A DNA stretch of 61,713 nt, filler included, from Sluysia triapertura (taxonomy: Eukaryota): assembly GCA_046118255.1 (NCBI GenBank). It is 5 parts of 5 records of this genome, joined end to end, with 100 filler letters (N's around TTAATTAATTAA, not from the genome) between each part and the next. Parts side by side here need not be neighbours in the genome. Positions count along the whole stretch, not along the records: positions 1 to 16,357 come from JBJNIA010205815.1; positions 16,458 to 27,655 come from JBJNIA010187479.1; 3 more parts are not named here. One strand, written 5' to 3'. The notes beneath the pieces were generated by a model. It saw only the letters and a program-made list of their open reading frames with translations, was not told the origin of the DNA and did not search any database. This document shows positions 13,202 to 24,839 of the stretch, piece by piece; within the stretch, counting starts at the first letter, position 1; each line of letters opens with the position of its first letter. Both the position numbers and the translations under genes were made by a program.

Positions 13202-13402
13202 TTATAACAAATAAAGAAAAGATATAAACAAAGTTAATAATAAAACTAGCGGTACTACAAAAGACGTTTTCGCTGCTATTTTTTCAGAACTGTTGAAATT
13301 CGATAGTATAAGTGGTAACGTAAACATTATTAAACACGCAGTTTCTTTGATTAATTGTTTATTTTTGAGTAAACGATAAAGTAAAGTTATAATGTTTAAC
13401 AA
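13202..13402 (-). CDS. Small hydrophobic ORF with two predicted TM segments
   Basis: 66 aa, ending 15 nt before the next co-oriented ATG. The start codon is not ATG. Confidence 0.25.
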   Translation of the reverse strand: MLNIITLLYRLLKNKQLIKETACLIMFTLPLILSNFNSSEKIAAKTSFVVPLVLLLTLFISFLYLL

Positions 13403-13749
13403 TAATCATTACATATTGTCTAGTATTTATAATAATATTCACAGAATGCGATAATTTTCTTTATTGAAACTAACTCGAACGTTAAACTTTTCTTTATTTT
13501 TATCAACATAATTATTAATTATATCATTTTCAGTTAAACTACACGAAAAATAGTCGAACATTTTGTAACAGCTAGTTTCAAGTGATGAAAACCGTCAATG
13601 GATATTTTAATAAACAAATATAATCATAATGTATACAATAAATTTCAAATAATTTACTTTTAATAATTCAAATTAGTGTTATAATAAAACAAAGTATAAG
13701 ACTTATTGTTTGTAATTGAATAATAATAAATTTCATATATTCATTCAAA

Positions 13750-14300
13750 AATATGTGTATTAATTGGAAAATTTTATTACCAGCAGAGGCCCTATCGAGA
13801 TAATACATTGGGCTTTGTCAAATTAATATTATCCATTGTGATATTTTTAGACCAAAAATAAAAATATGACAAATATCAACTAAATCTTTTAACTTTGGTA
13901 ATACTGGTTTAGAATAAATTTCGCAACGATCACAGTTTGATAATGAAGTTACTTTTCCACAAGTTCGATAAGGGACACAATAATTTTTTTGTGGATCTAG
14001 ACGCCATTCAATATGCGATTCCATTTTTAAAGAATTACACGAAGTTACTGGTTCTAGGCATCTTTGAGGCTATTTTCAATGCTTAATCTGTTGGTACAAA
14101 CACGGTGAAATAGATTCAACCAAATTTGATTCGGAAGTAAGTGATATGACTTCACTGGAAGAATTACCAATTTCAAACTCAAAAGGTTTGTGAATAACAC
14201 TTTGTGGAAATACTGTAATTGTTGAAAGTTTCAGCGAAGTTACTTGTATAAATAGTGTTATTAACATTATAATCATTATTGTCACTTTCTATTTCATTAT
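13750..14300 (-). pseudogene. Decayed secreted or membrane Cys-rich protein
   Basis: Signal-peptide-like IMIIMLITLFIQVTS, then an in-frame continuation through stops into a Cys-rich segment (YCVPYRTC...NCDRC) and a hydrophobic C-terminus. Confidence 0.4.
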
Positions 14301-14479
14301 GATTGTAGATAAAAGAGAATTCTGGAAAACAGTGATCGTATCAAATGTAAATTAAGAAATTGAGCATATTTATATAATTTCTGTTTGCTAAATTATGGTT
14401 ATTAATTGTATTTCTATTATATCTAGTAGTTAATGCAATTTCTTTTGAGATGAATAGTATGAATCGAGAGCAAATATAT

Positions 14480-14870
14480 TGTGTAGTATTGGGGAAAAAC
14501 ATTGAAGAAAAACGAAAAAAATAGAAAGACAGATTGATAAGAAGAATAAAAGAAATAATAATGATAACAATAACGTGGTTATTATGTTTATTAATATTAC
14601 CGTTGTTGATGTTGAAATAAAATTTATTATAAAATTTGTTATAAAAGTTATTAATTGATAATCATATTATATAACAATAATGACAATAATTATTATATAA
14701 GTTGTTTAGCACGATGTGAATTGTAATAACAATAGTTGTAGTTCATGATAATTAGGTACGATGATCATGTTTGTTTTTTAAATGAGTTTAGTATTTTGTT
14801 TAATAATCTGTGTACGTGTGAAGTGTTTTTATGTGATGAAGTGTGATGAATTTTGTGTAATTTCCCTACA
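14480..14870 (-). mobile_element. Repeat module copy 3 (divergent terminus)
   Basis: GT-rich, with GTGATG..AATTTTGTGTAA shared with copy 1. It ends CCCTACA, and an AAT-rich tract lies on the ORF-proximal side. Confidence 0.35.
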
Positions 14871-15194
14871 TTAATTTATTTTCTTTTTTATCTCTTCGTC
14901 ACCTTCTTTTATAAATCTTTTTGTTTCATTATTGTACGACGCAATCTGCTGATAATCAACAGTAGTTTGATGAAAGTCGAACAGGCCAAAATCAGATTCA
15001 AAGTTTGTCAATAGATAATATTTTATTACTAAACCATTGATCTTTGAGTGATACGTAATGACGTTATTATCATTCATGATACCTTTACTTTTTAATTTTG
15101 TACTGGCTTTAAATTTTTTCCTTTTGTTTTTGTTCACAAAAATTTTTAAAACATTAAATAATAATTAATGGTACATCTGTGAATATTTTTTTAT

Positions 15195-16357
15195 CTTGAT
15201 TGGTTATCCAACCTAATCATCCCAATGATATTTTTATGCAAGTGATTTGGTTGGATAACCATTGTAATCAGTGATTTAATTTTAGTAGTTTATCATATTG
15301 ATTTGGTGACGATGTGATCAACTATGATGACTATCATCGTCATCAGTGACATAAAATTGTAATTATAAAGCAAAGTGTCATTGCTGGAGGTGGCGGTAAA
15401 ACAGCCGATTTTATTAATCATAATTTAGATTAAAATAATGATAAGGATAATGATTAAATGGTAATAACAATAATAACAACGACAATATTGTTATTATTAT
15501 TAATATTATTATTATTATAAAAGAAAAACGCATAAATTCTTGCTTTATATCTTAAACACAACCTTGCTTTGACTTTCTTGATTTTCTGGACATATATAAG
15601 TTGTAGAAATGAAGAGAACTTTCGTCTTTGTGAATTTATGGCGGTGAGGCTTTTCTTTGTGATTTTACGTTCTTTTGTATGATTGTTTCTGATATTCTGA
15701 ATTACTTATTTTGAAGTAGTGTAAGTGTTCTACAAAGTTCCTGGTGTTTTGAAAGAAAGTCTTGTTTCAAGCTGAGAGTGTATCGAAATGTAATATTTAT
15801 GTAATTTTTGGATGTTGATTAATATTTTTAAGTGGAAGTAAGAGGGAAAAGTATGAGAATGTTAAACGTTTTAGATGATTTGAAAATATATGACTTAGGT
15901 ATTTTAAAATAATATGAGTGATTTATGTTTTTTTCTAAATATACGTTGGTATTTTAATGAAACTTATGTTTGAATGTTGGAAGATTGTGGTTACCAATAT
16001 ATTGAAAAGAGAGTAGTGTAATGGGTGTGAAGAAGATAATTATAACCTATGTTTTGGTCTATTGTAAACGGTGATTATGTGATTTTGGTTACGTTGGTAT
16101 TGAACTGTGTGTGAAAATGTTTATAATAAATTTTACCAGATTGTGGTATATTGTTAAAGGGTATAATTTTAGTTGTGATGTATTAGTTTTTACTACGATT
16201 TAAGAAAAATGTGTGATGTATATTTTAAAGATTTGTAGAATTTTGATGTGTTTGTTGGGATTAGTGAAGAATAAGGGTTAATATAAGGGTCAAAACTTAG
16301 GATAACAGAATAAGTTGAACGTTATTAAAGAACTAAGACGAGGCATTATGATGAACT
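15195..16357 (-). mobile_element. Repeat module copy 4 (terminus lost in the gap)
   Basis: TTTGAATGTTGGAAGATT (15969), AAGATAATTATAA, CATAAATTC..ACACAACCTT (15531) and GGTTGGATAACCA (15249) align with copy 2. Confidence 0.65.
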
Positions 16358-16457
16358 NNNNNNNNNNNNNNNNNNNNNNNNNNNNNNNNNNNNNNNNNNN
16401 NTTAATTAATTAANNNNNNNNNNNNNNNNNNNNNNNNNNNNNNNNNNNNNNNNNNNN
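16358..16457. other. Assembly spacer 44N-TTAATTAATTAA-44N
   Basis: The identical 100-nt construct occurs four times. The palindrome places stops in all six frames. Confidence 0.95.
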
Positions 16458-16467
16458 AATAATAATA

Positions 16468-16536
<69 letters not shown>

Positions 16537-16599
16537 CGATACTTACTTAATTATGTCATCCGTATGAAATTCAAAACCAGATTATAAGTGATAAATTTG

Positions 16600-17380
16600 C
16601 TTTTTCTAGTTTTATGCTCTGCTGTTAATTTTGTTTCATATGATTATTTTCAGTTATGGTGTTAAACGGTTTATTATAATCTGAATAATTATATTATAAT
16701 TATAATTTGTATAGATGATGTTGTTGCAATGTGTTGTCTAAGTAATTTGTGATGCTAGAGGATATTGTGCCATTGGTAGCATTATAATATTGATATTGTA
16801 ATAAAAATGGTTGGTTTTTGGAGAAATAGTTGAGTATTGCAGTTCATTAGCGTGAACATCAGAAGGTGAACTTCCTTGAGGAAGGTGTAGATGATTAGGG
16901 TAAGATACAGAAATTGATGGATTAGGGTACTGATAAAATTTGGGTAAATGATGCTGAATTGTTTGATTTATTGAAAGTTCTAGCGTACATATTTGGAAAT
17001 GACATATGTATGATCTTCACTAACATTGTTATAAGTCATAGTAATAACTTTTATTAGGCAAATAATAATTAGTTTGAGTGTTATTTGAGTTTACCATAAT
17101 TGGAGTGATATGTACTTCTGAATTCATTAATAACTGTGAATATTGTGGATACTTTCTGCAATTGAAATAGGTTTTACTATCGTTACTGATCCGTGTGGTG
17201 ATGGTAATAATGGTAAAGCAGATTCAGTAATGTACTCTGAACTTTATTTGTTGTTGCCAGATGTTGACACAGAGTAAGTAAAGTTAATGGAAAGCCAACA
17301 ATTACTGTGCGGTGTTCTGCTAAAGAGAAGCATAAAATTCGACTTGGCAACATTTTGGACAAGTATCGCGACAAGACTTG
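16600..17380 (-). pseudogene. Heavily decayed intronless ORF, glycoprotein-like
   Basis: Fragmented frames contain N-x-S/T sites (NNT, NKS, NVS, NAT, NGT). It lies downstream of module copy 5. Confidence 0.25.
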
Positions 17381-17594
17381 CGTAAATAATTTGATGTTAA
17401 TTTAAGAAAAATATAATGTTTCAAACGAATAATCGACTTATATAAGTTTCTTGCAAGTGCATCAATATTAATTTATGTTGGAAGATTCCCAGGAATTGTT
17501 TTGATAATAACCAAATAAAACCAATATAATTTTCTGACTGGATAAATATATACTTAAATTTTAGTCGATTATAATGAGATAACAAAATCAGAAG

Positions 17595-18619
17595 AATGGC
17601 AATATATAGGGATAAATAAAACAATTTTTTGCATTATAACAATATTTAATTTAGTTGTAGGTAAATGTTAATGTTGTTTTGAACATCTGCTGAATTTTGA
17701 GTAATGTTGTGTTTCCGATTTTTAAATAATTGTGTTAGGTTGACTTGATAATAATGGACCAAGTATTGATCTCTGAGGAACTCCATGCTTTACATATACC
17801 TCATTTGACATATAAATTGTTATTCATATACCTCATTCAATAAAACATATTGCCTTCTTTCTTTTAAATATGATTCAAATGTAAAAGAAATGACTTGAGT
17901 TATACTTAAGAGGAAGAGTATTAAATAAATTACTAAAATTTGTTAAGATTTGATCCTTGAATATGATAGTTTGAGATGGTTATTGAAAGGTTGAAGTTAT
18001 TTTAGTTTTAAATGACGATTACAAAGTAAATCTTAACGTAGCTTGGTGTAGTTGATTAAAGATTTTAATGTAAATGATTTATGTTTCTGAGGTACTTGAT
18101 AACGTTGTTGAATGGTGTTATTGTGTTTATCATTTGTGTATTATATATTGTGATTGTGGTTTGTTTGATAGAATATCTTATGAGTGAATATTGTGAGTTA
18201 TTCGAGATTAAATGTCGGAGTTTGTTGTGCTGTGGATGATTAAAAGTGTTGGTCGAATTGTTGATGTGTGGGGATTAATGAGATGTTATAAATATCGAGT
18301 GTTGTTTATGGTGATTGTGTTGGTGTAATTCGATAGTAAGAAGTGTGGTTGTTTTGAAATTATATTTTGGTGAAGTTTAACTTACGAATATTGGATGTGA
18401 TGTTTTGATAAATTTTAAGTTGTGAGAGATGGCCACTACAAATGTCAATATATAGTGATAAATAAAACAATTTTTACATTATAATAACAATATTTAATTT
18501 TGGATTGTAGTTGTGTGTAAATGTTAATGTAAGTATTGTCGATGTTGTTTTGAACATCTGCTGAATTTTGAGTAATGTTGTGTTTCCGATTTTTAAATAA
18601 TTGTGTTAGGTTGAGTTGA
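17595..18619. repeat. Direct repeat (17595-17748 and 18441-18619) flanking module copy 5
   Basis: 73-nt perfect identity between 17671-17743 and 18542-18614, plus a gapped upstream match. Confidence 0.9.
17749..18440 (-). mobile_element. Repeat module copy 5
   Basis: Ends ATGGCCACTACA at 18440. The last ~150 nt align colinearly with 27880-28024 (TTGTGTTGGTGTAATTCG, GAATATT). Confidence 0.7.
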
Positions 18620-20952
18620 AGATTGTTAATGCATTTATTTATGATAAGTTTGTTTTGTTATATATTAGTTCAAAATAAGTGACCTGAGCTGGATATTCAA
18701 GGCATGTAATTAGGCAATCAAACAATAATAAATTTAACAAATAGTCCATGTTTAATAATTTAAATGAAAAAGTTACTCAATATATTGATGTTTTATTTGA
18801 ATTTTACAAAATAACAAACATATTTCATAAATAAAATAAAATATGAACAAAATGAAAAAATGTCACATTAAAATGATTAAAGTACCTTAGTACTACAACG
18901 AGTAGTAGATCTGAATCGAGATAGAGAAAATATAAGGAAAATAAGATAAACAATTCGATGAATTGAGAAAGTATTAAATGAAATAATAGCAGAAATATCT
19001 ATAATATACTAAAAATAAGTTCAATTAAATTTGAATCAAAGTACAATACAAAGAAAAGAAATTAATAACTGAAGACAAAAAATAATAATGTTTGTAAAAT
19101 TTCGAAAATTTTGATAAATCTGTATGTCGAAAATATTTTAGTTCTGTTGTGCAAGATTTATTAATTAAAAATAAATCGATATTAAATATTTGTTTAGTAA
19201 ATTTATAGAAGTTGAAAGAAAATTCAACGAATGTTAAAAAAGTTATATTTTATAATACAAAAGCAAACAGTGGGAAATTTGAAAAATAATGTAATAACTG
19301 TAATATATCAACATAAGGTTAATTTATCGCATTTCTTTTATTCTTAAAATATTCAATACAACATTCTCATATGAAAATTAACTACTACATTAATGTTATG
19401 TAGAGCTTATATAATTACACTGTAAGTTTTATACGATGCGGACATTAATTAATATTGAAGTTAAAAATAAATTAAAATTAAACCAAATAAAAATAATTAT
19501 AGTAATTATTAATTTCTCTAAAATAATTTTCTTTTCTTTCAACGATTATGTACTTTATTGATTTAATGTTTATTTAATTTATTCAGTAACATTGTTTGAT
19601 CATAATCAAGAGAACTTATCTGTGAAATAATGATTATACATAAAATTGAGTGTTGAATTTTTGTTCACTATGATGATCAAGGTTATTATTAAATGTATAC
19701 ATGTATTTATAAAGTCTATATTAATTTATTTCTAATTTAATGTTTCATAATTAATTTTGTGGTTTTAATTTGAATTTGATATACTTAACTACAAATATAA
19801 CAACTTATTACTTTATTTTGTATGTATATTTATCATAAATGATAATTATGAGCAATAATTCGATTTTTCATTAAAATTATTTGCAAAACTTTATTGATAT
19901 ACGTGTAATGTAGATCAATAAATAAATATATGATAATATTTTATTTTAAAAAGAATTTATTTCATATTATATTTTTACTAATCAATGTTTGTTAGTTTTA
20001 TGACTTCGTGAATGAAATTCAAATATGTACAAAGAATCAGATTCCAATAGTTATTTAATATTCTCGATTAAAATTAATAATAATTTCTTTATGAAATGTA
20101 GTTTTTTTCCCTTTCAACTGTAAAATTCTTTTTTCTGTATGTTTAAATTAACTCTTGTTGCTGTTTTTCATATTGTAATACAACCTTTGGTTAATTTTAT
20201 TATACGACCAATTTCATTCTGCGGTAAATTTATTATTGCATTAACTTTCGTAATTTTAAAGCCAATTTCTTCTATATAATAATTTTGACCGTATATTTTA
20301 ACTACATACACTTATAAACTTGTCATATTCGTTTTGCCAGTTTTTATTAACGTTCGATTTATTTTTATGTGATAATTCTTTGTTAATCTCTTTTTATTTA
20401 TTGTTTTTATTCCTTTGTTTGAAACATTTAATGCTTACAAAAACATTTCTGTTCGTTTTAGTTTTATTTAAGTTTTCTTCAACTAAGAAGTTAAAATATT
20501 TATTACAAATTAATGTTTAATATTTTTCATGATTTAAATTTTAATGTATTCAATGAAAAATAAATGAAACAGAAAATAATATGCGATTTTTTAAAAATTA
20601 ATATTAGATTTTATGAATAAAATACACGTTTTTAAATTATATATAACATTATATAAGAAACTATAAAAAATTATCAATTCCAAATATCTTTAGTCAGTCG
20701 ATTTGGAGCCGAAACATTTGGCCAATGGCAGTTTTAGATAATTCATTTCTTAAAATTCTTTATCTTTGAGGAATTATTACATCAAGCTAAATAAATGACT
20801 ATAATTAAAACATGGAAGAATTTTTCAATTAAATTATGTTAAATTAATCCGAGTGACATTTCTAGCATGTGCCATGAAGAAAAATGCGACATAAACTTCT
20901 AACATTTTGTGAGAGTGAATAGAATAAATGAAAGTTTATTTAAAAACTTATT

Positions 20953-21000
20953 GTGAGTTCACCAACGTACTGGACTTACCAGCGAGGACCAGCCGTTGGA
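20953..21000 (+). repeat. Structured dispersed repeat, copy A
   Basis: GTGAGTTCACCAACGTACTGGACTTACCAG..CCAGCCGTTGGA. Other copies lie at 39505-39624 (-) and 41681-41785 (+). Confidence 0.85.
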
Positions 21001-22909
21001 TTTTAATGTAAAGTATGAGTTTAACTAAGTTCACTTAACACTATAAATTGATGTTAATTATGTCTCAAGTCTGGTGTTATCTGTATTCAAAATATAATTT
21101 ATTAAATATTAAGAAATTTAAATAAGGTTACGTAAATCCCGTTATATGGGATCAATCAAATAAATGTTACTTACTAGAATTACAATCTAGTGTTTGAAAA
21201 CAAATTAAGTATTTTAAAGATTTTATAATAAATAAAAGAAAATAATTTGGTTATTCAATAATTTATTTATACAGAATTAACAATATAATAACTAGATACA
21301 ACTAGATATACAATGTTTCATGAAATTTAAAAAAATTGATTTTACTTTGAACCCTTATATAGTTCAGTTATGTATTAAAAATTTTAATCTGTATTTTTCT
21401 TGTGATATTTATATATCAATCCTTAATATAAATTATACTAACGTGACTTTTGTTAATGACAACTGTTTCTTCCAAATGATTAAAATCAAAGATTCAAAAA
21501 TTTTTACAAAACAACTGTGAAATAACTGTGTGAACTTTACAAAATAACTTGTGAAAATAAGTGTGAGTTTATGTTAAAAAGCTTTCATTTAAATAGTGTT
21601 TTAACCTGACCTTGAGAGGTCAAATTAAAACAAACTAAAAAAATTTAAATTAAAAATTTTCAAAGTCAGCTTAATTTATTTAAAATTAATGAAATAAAAT
21701 TTAAAATAACATATAAATTAATAAAATATTTGAAATAACATACATTGATTTCAAAAGTTAATATTCCAAAAAATAAAACAAATTTAAATCAAATATTCCA
21801 GAAAAGTTAAATAAAAATTTTTAAATAAATCAAATAAATAATCATATCATCATTATTAAATATATATACAATTTATCAATATATTTAAATAAAAATTTAT
21901 CATTCAACATAAATGAGTATCAATGTAAATACATAAATGATTATCAATGTAGATGATGTAAATGATTCACTAAAAATGACACCAAAAATGATTTATCACA
22001 AAGAGTTAAACAACAAAGTGAGATATTTTATTTACAAATATCAACTACGTAAAATATCTTTCGTCAATCCAAATTAGAAACGAATGCAAGGACCTTCAAG
22101 AGGAAGGTTAATGTTGTAACTTAATGTGGCATAAGAATTGTTAGCATAGTGATAGATAGAAATAATGTAACTTCTCGTGCACCCAATGAATTTCAATCGA
22201 TTTCTACAGCGATTTATTGATTTTACTTTTTTAAAACGATCTGTATTAAGTCATGTCTACCATTTTAATAACACTTGAAATACAGCACATCTTTAGATTT
22301 AAACTTCAATTATTTTCATAAATTTAGATATTTAAGAAAATACTCCGTTATTTTAATACTTAGACCCTTAAAACAATCCAACAATAACATAATAATTCTT
22401 TATTACACATCAAATCAAAAATTTTAAAAGGCTAATAACTAAGTTCTAATTTTAAACGTAAAACTCTCTTTGTCTTTTTAGAGATTTTTATCATTATTTT
22501 CATTTTGTTTCGATTCACGAAAACCAGTACCACTAAATGTACATTGTCCAATCATAATTTTCGATACTTTTTGTCCAATAAATGCTCATTGATTTTTAAA
22601 TTACATTTTTTGTTTATTTTTAACGCTTATTTTGCTGAATTTCGTTTTAATCACAACCTTACGAAGATTAAATCATAAAACTTTAATCATGACCTTTTTA
22701 AAAACCATTTTTTGTGACAAAATTCAACATTTTTCAAGGATACTATAAAACTATTAATCAAAAGTGTATAAAAACATTGTCACAGAAAAAGTAAAATGTT
22801 GGGAAAATAACTACTTTCTCCAAAAATAATAGATAAAAATACTGAGATTCAAAACATACAGAAATTTTATTCATGTAGAATGATAACACAATTTACTACA
22901 AATTAAATA

Positions 22910-23180
22910 TCAGTACTTTGTTTGCCCTCCTTTGTTATCCAATAATTTCCTGATCCTTAAAGGCATACCACAAGTCTTTGATCTCGTCGTCGTGATGCCA
23001 TACCTTTATCAGGGCTGGTTGGTTTATGGGTAGAAAATCTCCCAGAGATTTTCTATGGGATTCATGTTTGGAGAGTTTCCAGGCCAGAGTAGCAAATATT
23101 TAGAAAACCATATTTTTCCTGTTTTAGTCTAATAATTTGGCCATCATGAACGCACTAAAACGCACTTTCGTAGGTTTTAA
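22910..23180 (-). mobile_element. Tc1-family transposase C-terminal remnant
   Basis: WPGNSPNMNPIENLWE (23039-23086), LIKVWHHD and MPLRIRKLLDNKGGQTKY* match the Tc1 WPxxSPDLNPIENLW...MPxR..KGG.TKY pattern. Deleted and frameshifted. Confidence 0.88.
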
Positions 23181-23798
23181 TATAATATAAGTATAAATAT
23201 CATACTGATATTATATTATTAGAGTTAAATTTTTATTATCTTTTATAAAATTTAAATGAAATTGCTACTAAAGAATGTGCGGTTCACCTACGATATTTCT
23301 CGTGCAAGTGGTTGTCGATTCTTGATTTATTTAATTCTATTTATAAACTATTCTCTAAGCTCAGGATAAGTGCAATATAAAATACATTGCTTTACACTTA
23401 ACACTAAAGCAAAATAAGAAATATTAATGCGTTCGGATATAATCCGCGACTTAAAACCTATAATGGGTATGTCTGTAGCTATCGAAATCATTTTATAACA
23501 ATTATTCTTTCTGTGCTAGTGAGAAACTTAACTCAGTATGGAAATTAGTTGATAAGCGTATCGATATTGTTGAGGGTTTTTGTATTTAGATCTTGTACTC
23601 GTTATATGCCGAAAAACAAAACACAATCGAATTCGTATTGTTTATTCAACTAAAATGGTTTTCCTTTTTGTGTTGTAAGTTCTTAAGTTAATTTTTCGAG
23701 GGATTTTAGCTCTCATTAAATTGGCAAATAGTGATTACAAAGAAAAACGATTCTACTTATTAATATTGTTACTATATTATTATTATATCTTACGAATA

Positions 23799-24222
23799 CC
23801 GTGTTTCTCCGAAAATAAGATGTTTCAGGATGATTTTAATTTAAGACCTAACCCTAATAATAATATTCCTAATTAAGATACTTTCATTGTCAAAGCATTC
23901 TGGTTCACTTTCTGACTGTAACAAGATTCTCGTTATTAGCAATTATCAAAGCATTTCTTCTTTGATACACAGTATCCATGAGAATGTTCATGGTGACATA
24001 AACACGTTTAAATTTTAAATGAAATTCGTAAATAATCTCAACTATAGATTGCAAAAACAGTAAGACATACGCAGTTTTTAATACGAGAAATAATTAGACT
24101 ATCTGTTAGAAATTATCTATCATAATTCTCTCTACTTTTTAACTTTGTTTTTCGATAGATTAAAATAGTATACCCTCCAAAAATAATTATTATAAACCCT
24201 GTCTTATTTTCGGGAAACACGG
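23799..24222. mobile_element. Non-autonomous pogo/Tigger-like TIR element (MITE)
   Basis: TA|CCGTGTTTCTCCGAAAATAAGA ... TCTTATTTTCGGGAAACACGG|TA: ~22-bp TIRs with a TA target duplication. Confidence 0.88.
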
Positions 24223-24839
24223 TATGTTATTACATACAATTATCATTTTATATGCTACTGTGTTATTATATATGTCAGCGTTCAAAGTCTAAAATAGTAA
24301 TAGTGTAATGATAATAATAATAATAATAGCGGAAACTCGAAATATCAAATGTATGTATTTGTTTCATTTAAATGTCTATTTTAAAGAATTGATTAACATC
24401 AAAAAATAAATAAATGATTTATTTAATTAAATAATATCAATATTTAAACAAATCGAAATCGCTTCAGTCACACACAACAATAGTATAATTAACGGTAAAC
24501 AAGAGCGATTCATTTATGAATTCTATTAATTAATCTATTTTTGGCAAAAATATTCAAGTAGATTTTGGTGGAACTGATCCGATTTTATCGTGATTATATT
24601 AAATAACAATAAAATGATTTATTCGCTCACCTTCCTCAAGTGAAGGTTTAAAATGTAATATTATTTGCATCTAGTTTGAAGCTAGGTTTAAAATTGTTCT
24701 ATATTAATTATATTACACTTAACATATTAACTTATTATATTTAATATTTTTTGTACATTTCTATATTTGAATTTGTACTTTGTTGCAGCTTTTGAATTTG
24801 AATAATAAACCTTCAAGAGTACTTGTGTTTGTTATTCAT

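Noticed and set aside
16402-16413. Recurrent TTAATTAATTAA palindrome as a biological motif
   Set aside because: It is always centred in exactly 44+44 N, so it is an assembly linker.
20140-20330. Gypsy RT-like fragment (KVNAIINLP)
   Set aside because: A single weak motif with no catalytic motifs nearby.
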